From Chrysomallon squamiferum (taxonomy: Eukaryota > Animalia > Mollusca): DNA of 64,000 nt. Of this stretch, positions 54,904-64,000 are shown piece after piece. The stretch's first letter is position 1, and the number at the start of each line of letters is the position of its first letter. Location: contig CM022673.1 of NCBI GenBank assembly GCA_012295275.1, forward strand, positions 6,696,001 through 6,760,000, written 5' to 3'. The notes beneath the pieces are model-generated. The model had not been told where the DNA came from. It saw only the letters and a list, made by a program, of their open reading frames with translations, and did not search any database. The position numbers and the translations under genes were made by a program.

Positions 54904-57452
54904 AACCAAAAGGGAAAAGCAATAGAGTTGAACAAGATGAGAAAGAGCTAAGCCCAGAGATGTTATCTTGGTACAGTTATTTGTGAGCCAGATCTGCAAG
55001 TTTTGACGACAGACTATTCTTAGTTCAGTAAACATCAGGTTCATTCAGCAACCACTCAGGCCTGACAAGACATGGATCAACAGTCAGCCCCTCATTGAGA
55101 AAATACAACAAACAAAAAAAAAAAAGTGAAAAAAAAAGTGAAAAAAAAGAAGTAAAAAAGATTAATCTATATGTAACTAGTGTAATTGTGTTTTATTAAT
55201 GCCATCTTGTTTTAAAAAAAAAAAAAAAAAAAAAAATTTGTTCGAAATCGTGATGGACTGTGTTTGAACTGGCTGAGGAACAGTGGAATATTTCTGGTCG
55301 AGCTGCATGGTGTGTTCACAGTTGACTGGGAGAACATTTTTGTTACAGTGTTTTGTGTGTGTGTGACATTCACTGACCTGTCTGTTTACAAGGTGTAGGG
55401 TTACAGTTCTCTGAATGTTTTTATTCTAAACCCCATGCACATGGTCACTGCTGCTGTTGTTGTTGTTGTTGTTGCATTTTAACCGATACCCACTTGACAG
55501 ATGGATAGTTCTTGCTGTACGTTGAAATTGTCCGATTTGTGTTTTAAAATTTGGGAATAATTTTTACAAAATGAAACATGGATACTTCTTGTAATCATCA
55601 TACAGTTTTCTTTGGACACGGTTTGGCTGAAAAAAAAAAAAGTCTGAATAAACATTGACCGAATTTTTGTTTGTTTCATTTTTGTTTGTTTTTTATTTTG
55701 TTTCCATTTGTAAAAAAAGAAAAAAAGAATTTTTTTTTGAAATTTTACAATAATGGTTCGTTTCCGTGCCAACAGGGAGGATCCCTACCGACAAGATGAG
55801 GGAGATCCTTACAGAAAACCTGAGAAAAATGGACAGCGAGCTTTCAATGAGAGGTTCCACTACCCCGAAGGTGAGCATAACTTTAAATATTTATGTCAAT
55901 ATCAAACCTGTGTTTTTAGGTGCAGAAAGTGTGGTATGACCATGTTAGTCTGAAATTTTAAAGTTAATCCATGTTTCAGTTATATGCATATTACCTGTAA
56001 AAAAAAAAAAATAAATAAATAAATAAATAAAAAAAAAAAAAATAAATAAGAAGAAAAAAATAAATATTATAAAATAAATAAATGAAAATAAAGTAAAATA
56101 AAAATTGATCTGAACTGGCTAAATGCAAGTTCGATTGTAGTGTGCTTTATATTACACTGTAAGCTATTGCTATTGATTACATTTTTATATAAAAATGCTA
56201 TTAAATAGACCCAAACGAATGTATTTGTACCCATATGTATTGAGTAATATTGTGGGGTTTTTTTTGTTTTTTTTAATAAACCCAGATTCAATAATTATAT
56301 AGATCTATGTTTGTGAGACAAATTATTTTGTTTTTCATGTGACCATTTCTAAATATACCTTTCAAAACTAGTGAATTTTTGCTGAAATGTATTAGTGTTA
56401 AGTAATTATTAGAATTATTTATTGACTGTTCACAATGGACTTTGAATTCAAGCTGATTAAAAGTCAGTCTGACCACTTTTTTTATTACAGTATATCTTTA
56501 CTCCTGAATTCCTGAATTTGAATCACATTAAAAAAAAACCACGATTGTAAATCAGTGTGATATAGAATTGTGTGTGTGTGTTTATTTTTTAATACAATTA
56601 AATTGTTTTGAATAACCAAGTTGAATAATACTTTGTTTAGTTGCTGTAAAAAAACACATTTCAAATTATCAGATATCTTTTCTTTACATAATAATTATCA
56701 AAAGAAAAACCAGCTTTATCATTTAGCAGCCAGATTTTTATTTCTTATTTTATTATCTTTTATTTTTATTTTTATTATAGTTAGTCTAAAAAGAATATTA
56801 CCGTTATCTTTGTTACTGTGATCTTTTGTTGGAAACAGAAATTGCCCTGTGGTGGCACTAAAGAGGACTGATCCCTAGTCCCTGTTCAAATGAGATAACT
56901 TATATTTATTCATCTGGTGCTATTGATATTTCAGGATAATGGTTTTTACGTCGGATTGCAACTAAAGAGTTGTATTGTACAAATATTTGTTACCTTGTAT
57001 GGATTGTGTTAATAGATAAATGATAAAATTGAGTTTTTTCAAAAAGAAAAGAAAAAGTTTAGTTATATCTTAAAAAAAAAAACACTTCACATTAATTTAA
57101 TTTATTATAAATAGAGATAAATTTTTAAAATACTTAATTCAGAAGGATGCATCAATTTTTGTATTTTAAGTCATGGAGATATTAATAGTTCTTTTTATTT
57201 TTTTTTTTCTTCTTCTTATTAATTTTGTTTGATGGTGGTGAAAATATAGTTTTTTTTTTTTTTTTTTTTTACAAATTTCATTTATGGTGACATGTTATTT
57301 TCTTTTCATTGGGTATTTAAATTGTTAATTGCTAATATTTACAGTTAGATTCATGGAGCTGTTTAAAAAAAAATTGTTTTTAATTTATTTTTAATTTATC
57401 AGGTCCTTTATAGGTCCCATATGTGTCTGTGTGTAAGTTGTACATCTGTGTG

Positions 57453-57491
<39 letters not shown>

Positions 57492-60400
57492 TGGGGGGTG
57501 TCTGTTCTGAAGTTACTTGCATTCAAAATTCAAAAGGAATCATTGATACATCTCACAAATAGCGCATTCCTTTAAGGGTTTACCTGACATGAAACTCTAG
57601 AACTGAGTGCCTTAACCAATACGTTGATAATTACACACACATGGCGCCTACCTGTTCCAGGTGACAGTAAGTTATAAATTGCCTTTAGAGGTACATCTTT
57701 ACTTGAATAAATATCAAGGTATCTCAAAGGTGTGGTAAATATTTGTCTAGTAACTTTGCGTAAACGATATCAGCAAAGTAAATAGCTAGGCGTGTCCAAT
57801 ATTAAGGAGAAAATTAATGCAATACCTGTGCAGTGCTGATGAGATAATAAATGCAGGGAGTTGTCTTCTGTCAACTGGGCTGGACTGCAGCTCAGTGGGA
57901 GAGCAATGTTATCTCGGTTGCTGGTTAACTCGATTTGTTTTATTTATTGTTATTTATTTTATTTCATTTTTTTTTTTTTATTTATTTTTTTTAAACTTTG
58001 TCTGGGATGAATATCTAGCATAACATTATTATTTTTATTATTATTATTATTATTATTATTTTTTTTAAATATATACATATAAAAAAAGAATATATCAGAT
58101 TAGAAGTCGTGAATATGTTACTTTATGTATGATATTTTACATCTTGATTGTTGTTAAGATTAGTTGCATGGAGCTCACTTGTCTTCTTGGTCTTTGTGGT
58201 GTATAGGATCCTGAAATTCAGAGAGAAAAGAACAAAAAAGAAGAAAAACAATGATGCACATAGAAATCAGCATGTTTGTAAATTCAAGCTGAGACTTTCA
58301 GACTATGGTCTCTTTGTTGACATTTTTGATGCATTAATTGTCAAATTTAGTAGTCTTGAACATTAACTTCAGTTTTTGTAAGCTCACAGAAGGTTAAAAA
58401 AAAAAAAAAAAAAAAAAATGATCAAGGAAGTTGTAAATAAAAAGGCCACTTCAAACTTAACTACACAAAAGAAAAGTTTTACATTAGAATTTGGAAATGG
58501 CATTGGGGATGTTGACTTCAGGTACTAAAATGTCGAATCAGTTAACATTTTTATTTTGTTGTGTATAAGAATATTGATTATAGATTATTTATAAAAACGT
58601 TTTGTAGATGTTTTTTTTTTTTTTTTAAAATAAATATTTGAGCAGACCAACTTAGTAACAGGTTGTGTTGGAGATGGCTGAAATACAATACATTGGTAAA
58701 GTGGGGGGATGTTGTTTGTGTTTGTTTTGTGTTTTTTTTAAATTTAAAATTTTAAAAAATTTTCTTTGTTTTTTTTTTCTCTTTCTTTTTGTGTTATATA
58801 ATTCTGTGCACTGATCATTATTATTTAAAGCCTTGTTCCCACACTCACTCTCTCCGTTAGTCTATCTCTCTCTCTTTTTCTCTTTCTCTCTTTTGCTCTC
58901 ACTTGCTTTCTGTCATTCAGTATGTGTTTATAACCATATCCTTTCTGGCATACATGCAGGTCTGCATTAATATCACATATTTGTTTTATTTTACAAAACC
59001 TATCCATCATAAACTGGCCTCTCTGCCTACTGCAATAAACAACAGTCATGTCATTCCAAGCAGGAGAAAATTTAAAGCGCCGTACTTCACACACTTACTG
59101 TCAGATGTGCAGACAAGCTTCTTGTTTATTGATCTCTTGTGTGTCAGTGTAGATAGACGCAGGTCTGATCAGTGCACACAGGTATTTCACCAGGTACAAA
59201 CAAGAGCAGAGTAATTAAACTGATGTGTAGGTTGTGTTGTCAGTTACTGCAGAAAGTACTGAAAGGTTAACAAGTCTATGAATGAATATAAAAATATATC
59301 ATTTTTAAAAAAGAGAACCCCCCAAAACAATAATTTTTTTTTTTTAAAATGTAATATCCCCAAAAAGAATTAGTATTAGTGTTTACATGTAAATACAAAT
59401 ATTAACATCTAAACCAGGGATCACCCAGACGGTAACCATGGGCACCAGGCCCCCCCTCCCAAGAACCACACGAGTCGCCCGCAGGCCATGTTCCTAAAAC
59501 ATTTAAACAATTACTGAGATCAATAGAATTAAAGGCTGAATATTGATATTATCTGTTTCCAACCTTGTTAGGTCACTGGAGATAATTACTGTGAGAAATC
59601 ATTAACGTGATCAATGTCTTCAGACAGATGGGTATCATTAATAATAATATATAACTAAAGATAAACTGAACAAATTTGTTATTTCAGAAGAGTGTTTGTT
59701 ACAAACTGATAGCCCTTCATATGACTCGGTACCTATGAAGTAGCTCTCATGATCATCATGGTTGGTGATCCCTGATCTAAACACTGTTATATTAATTGTT
59801 GTTAGGGTATTAATTTGGATATTTGTATTTTATTTAGTTTTTTTTTTCTTTTCTTCCATACGTACATAGACATGTACGTACACACATACACGTACTCTAA
59901 GCAGGCTGGAACCATAAATATTTGTCTGGCTGATACAGCTATGAATATGGGCACTGATTTTTCTTAACATAATACATTTTGAAAGTTAATACTGTATCAT
60001 GAAACTTGACACACCATTGTTAGTTGTCTTGGTGTGATATCAGTTTCTTTTTCTTTCTTTTTTAAAATTCCACTGATAATCTTTTTAACCGAGAAACCAA
60101 GGACATCATTTAAGAGTTATGTTTTGTTGTTATTTAAGCTATATATTTATTGGAATATTCTAGAGAACTGTGTGTGTGTTTCTGTATGAATGAGGGATAC
60201 ATATTATAAGCTAATTATTTCTGTACCTGTATTAAAGTATACAGTGATAAAATTTAACCATTACAGTTATACCTCACCTTTCCTATTGACAACAGAAATG
60301 ATGACATTATTTCATAATCTAGCCTATCCATATTTATGTTGAGTTTTGTTAAATACTCAAACATTCCAGCAGTATCTGGGTTTGGTATGTAATGTCCTAG

Positions 60401-62357
60401 TATGGGTTGCGTATATAAGAAAGTTTTGTTCCAGACATTATCATAACGTCCAAAAAGAATGATTTAAAAAAAATAAAAATAAAAAAGTAAAATAATAATA
60501 AAAATATTAATAATAATAAATTAAATGATAATTTTAACATCTATTTAATACTACCTTGCTCTGTGAAATCCTAATAATTAATGGTTTTCATAATATAACA
60601 TGGAATGTGGCCTAAATTTTATTATTTAGATGCTTTGAAAAAAAAAAAAAAAACAACAAAAAAAAACGACGGAAAATAAAAACAACAAAGTGTCTTGGTT
60701 AACAAAAAGATGTTATTTATTGCCTTTGTTTTGCTGTATAAATCTTGGCTTTTACCTTGAGATAAGTTTAGCAGTGAACACTTCCATGGATACTTGACAC
60801 CTGTGTACGAAAGGCTGCCAACACCTACCTGGTTTTCCTGTAAACTGATTCACCAGTCTGCTTGTAAAAAAAAAACAGAAATGTTTAGATTTAATATCAG
60901 TATCGGCGTTTCCCTGTAATAGTCTGGATAGATAAATAACGCACGTGATTTTTATGATGTAACTGATACCTTATGGTCTGTAATCAATATATATGACTCA
61001 TCATGAATAATTGGAAATCAGTGTATACAATTAATATGACATCATCTGTAATTGATTTATATATATATATATATATATGGTTCATATTACATGATCTGCA
61101 ATTGGGTATCTGTGACTTGTACAGCATGACCGGTAGTCAAAATATATGACATATTATTAACATGATCTGTAACTGGTACATACAGTACAATGTAAAAATG
61201 CTTTGTTTTTATTTGAATACATTGAAAATATCCTACACGTTATATTTGCTCAGAAATACATACAAATTTATTATTTTTCAATACAAAATGAAGGTATTTA
61301 TTCTTCTCATAATGGAATGATTTCTGTTCATGTGTAAAAATGCTAATGTAAAATTTTACAAAACCAAGAAAACCACCATCCATACTATTTTGACATGCTT
61401 CATTTACTTCAAACTAAAAAAATATTCAGTTTTATTATCTTTGAAATTTTGCACAGATATTTTGGGATTAACCATAGATGACTGGGAAGGGATCAACTTA
61501 CTACTATTATTATTATTATTTATTTTTTTAAAATTCCACACCTTTCCTATTTTTATAATAAAAATGGTGAAGTGTTATTTACTACGGACTAAAAACAGAC
61601 TTGACATGAAGTTATGGGACTGGTAGTACCATGTGTGTGGTGAAACTGTTTATCTGTTCATTGCACAGTGCATGCATTTAATTGCTGTTTAACCTGTAAT
61701 TTCCCTTTGATCTCCAGGTAATTACAGGTGGAAGTTGTTTGCACCTGTTGATAACAATACTGTGGTTGTAATAGATGACGTATTTGTTTTCATGGGTGTG
61801 TATGTGATGTGTGTGTGTGTGCCATAAATCATTTTTATTGCTTATTTTTATTTGTTTATTTATTATTATTATTAATTTTCGTTACTTTCGTTTTTAATAA
61901 TCTTATTTTTAATTATCTCTAATTATTATTATTAATTTTTTTTTTTTTTTAAGTTTTAGAAATTTGAAACTTTACACAACAAAAAAGAAAAAAGAAAAAA
62001 AAAGAATTCTTCATGGAAAAATATTTTATATATTTTTATTATATTGTACTTTAACTAACATTAAACATATTTAATATGTAGTCCTGGATAATCTAAATGT
62101 TTTATATCCTTTTTATTTTTATTTTATCTTATTTTGAATGTTAATGATTATGCACTTATTCTTTAGTTTATGAATTCAGTTTTACTTTTATACTGGACAA
62201 TCTGTCTGTCTGCCTGTCTGTTTGTTTATTTATTTATTTATTTTTAAATTTATTTATTTATTAGTTTCAGATCAAAATGGTTTGTCAGAATATCGAAGCA
62301 ATGAACCCTACTTTGAATTAGATCACTTGGCAACATTTGCAGCTAGCACTCGATATG
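49032..62357 (+). CDS. EPS8: EPS8-family adaptor, 5' partial (continues past the window)
   Basis: Phase-compatible exons 49015-49111 (ATG 49032, MPGLPPRDMNGFGDYDRGPLKGTQMA), 53345-53395 (NGYDPYNRDSREDYFYT), 55776-55870 (REDPYRQDEGDPYRKPEKNGQRAFNERFHYPE), 62271-62357 (DQNGLSEYRSNEPYFELDHLATFAASTRYG). LDHLATF matches the [ED]HL[AT]TF start of the EPS8/Arouser PTB domain; the rest of the domain is not visible. Confidence 0.78.
51137..51565. repeat. Local direct duplication (51137-51300 vs 51448-51565)
   Basis: TAACAATAAAA(A)CACATCCAGTGTCTTCTGGAT and ACAAAAACAAAACTTTACAAAATTATTTTGT each occur twice, in the same order. Confidence 0.8.
57877..57933 (+). mobile_element. Decayed tRNA-derived SINE head (related fragment at 63585-63615)
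   Basis: GCAGCTCAGTGGGAGAGCA and GTAGCCTGGTGGTAGAGTA resemble a tRNA D-arm / Pol III A-box; no complete cloverleaf. Confidence 0.4.
59415..59774. mobile_element. Non-autonomous hAT (Charlie-like) DNA transposon / MITE, 360 bp
   Basis: Perfect 11-bp TIRs CAGGGATCACC (59415-59425) and GGTGATCCCTG (59764-59774), flanked by an identical 8-bp TSD ATCTAAAC (59407-59414 and 59775-59782) that fits the hAT-Charlie NTCTARAN target preference. Confidence 0.9.
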
Positions 62358-62713
62358 GTAAGTTCACAATTTACATTTTTATTTCATCTCACCTGTTTTG
62401 GCTTTATTTCAGTAACATCAACATCAGCATCAACAATATAAAATTATATATATATAATTAAATTAAAGAAAAACATCCGAATAATAAATGAAAACCAGAA
62501 GAAAAGAAACTTTCTGAATAAAATTATAGAGAAAATCTATCGTTTAAAAGCATGAAAATTTAATTCGAGGATGTGGAAAGTATGTTATAAATAAAATCAA
62601 GCTAACCAACATGTTACAGCTGCTCCCCACAAAAATTAAAAAACCCCACCAAAACCCAACAACAAAAAACAAACAACGAATACAAACCCTCACAAAAAAT
62701 GAAATAAAGGGGG

Positions 62714-62744
<31 letters not shown>

Positions 62745-64000
62745 ATAATAATAAAAAAAATAATGATTTAAAAAAAAAATTAAATTAAATAAAATTAAAA
62801 CAAAATTACAGTATAACAAAATGTTACAGTGTAGAGAGATAATGTGTCTTGGAAATATTACATAGTCAAGTCAAATAAATGCCAGATGTAATACAAAAAG
62901 GTTACTTAGTAAAACAATGTACTAAGACCTTGAGTTCCAGAAATATTACATAGTTACACAGTGTAGTTAACTGTATTTAAAAAGCTTCCACTTGAATTCT
63001 TTTAGATAACAAATTAGCTTCATTTTTCTTCTTCTTTGGTAAACTTCTTGTATTCGTGCTCTGAGAAACACAAATGTACACCTTGATTACAAAAGAACAT
63101 AGCTTTTTAATCTCCTGCTAAACCTGTTGATACGACCAGTTCAAAGACTGGAAACAGAATTTCTCAAGATTTCTGTGGAATTTGACTTGAGGCTATGGAT
63201 AAGATGCTGTTAAGCCCAACAGGGTCAATTGAAACGCAAATTCAAGGGGGTGGTGCACACACTCCCTCGCCTACATATTTCAGCCGTCTGATATTTCAGT
63301 TTTATTTATTCACATGATGCACCATATTTCACACAGATAGTGACAGCACACCCTTACCTTTTTTTCTGAGTCCTGGATCTGCTCTAGCTTGACCCAGAAT
63401 AAATTACAGAGTGGACTGGGATCGGGTTTTTGTTTGTTTGTGTGTATTTGACATCCATTAACCTTGTTACCTGACCCAGGTAAAGCAGCAACAAATCAGT
63501 TGTGACTTAAAGATTAATTTTGCTGTGAAGTGGAACAGAAAAACAGATTTCTTTTTTTTTTTTTTTTTCTTTTTTTTTCTTGATTGTAGCCTGGTGGTAG
63601 AGTACTCATCTGAATATGCTCTCAAAATTGATATTATTACTCTATGCTGGTCTCTTTAAACCACCTGTTTCTTGTATCATTTCACAGAGCAAAAAAATGT
63701 ATATTTATGTTTCACTTATTAAACATAGGGTTTCCATAACTATATGTGTTATGTCATACATACATTGTTGATTTGAAATGTGATGAATGGATTATTAAAA
63801 GAAGGGCATTGAACTGTTTTTGGTTAAGCCCAGTGAACACAGGTTTGTAGATGAACAGGGTATTTGTGTGCTGAAGTCTTTTAAAGTAATTCTCTCAGAG
63901 TGAACTGTGACTGACGTGTTTGGATCGTTCAGAGATAAATGAATCATGTCAACATTGATTAATGTTTCAAACTGACTTCATGTTTTGCAGGCAGTTAGGT

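Noticed and set aside
57877-57933. tRNA gene
   Set aside because: Only an A-box/D-arm-like part is present; no T-arm or acceptor stem.
63228-63386. Second MITE with GGATC-type ends
   Set aside because: The putative left end is too degenerate and no TSD is identifiable.
63981-64000. Next EPS8 exon at TTTTGCAG|GCAGTTAGGT
   Set aside because: The phase-1 reading from the first AG hits TAG at once and the window ends, so it cannot be evaluated.

Overview
AT-rich, microsatellite-dense eukaryotic DNA with spliced genes; an invertebrate, probably a gastropod mollusc (inference). Exons were assembled by hand from GT-AG sites and reading phase. Gene order: ZDHHC22-like palmitoyltransferase (+, single coding exon), SH3YL1 (-, 9 coding exons), Nup62 (-, one expected coiled-coil exon not found), MRPS21 (+, 2 exons, head-to-head with Nup62, missed by the ORF track), BET1 (-, 4 exons, also missed), a ~10 kb CpG-retaining interval with what look like decayed signal-peptide/Ig-domain exons on the minus strand, then the 5' part of a long-intron EPS8-like gene (+) running off the right edge. 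Most tracked ORFs are microsatellite translations. Best leads: an 11-aa repeat ORF nearly fused to the DHHC enzyme, the missing Nup62 exon, AG|GT ratchet-like sites in EPS8 introns, an intronic 19-bp perfect hairpin, duplicated splice donors in SH3YL1, the decayed Ig-like remnants, and a hAT MITE with a perfect 8-bp TSD. No new biological system can be established from sequence alone; these are leads, and some may be assembly errors.
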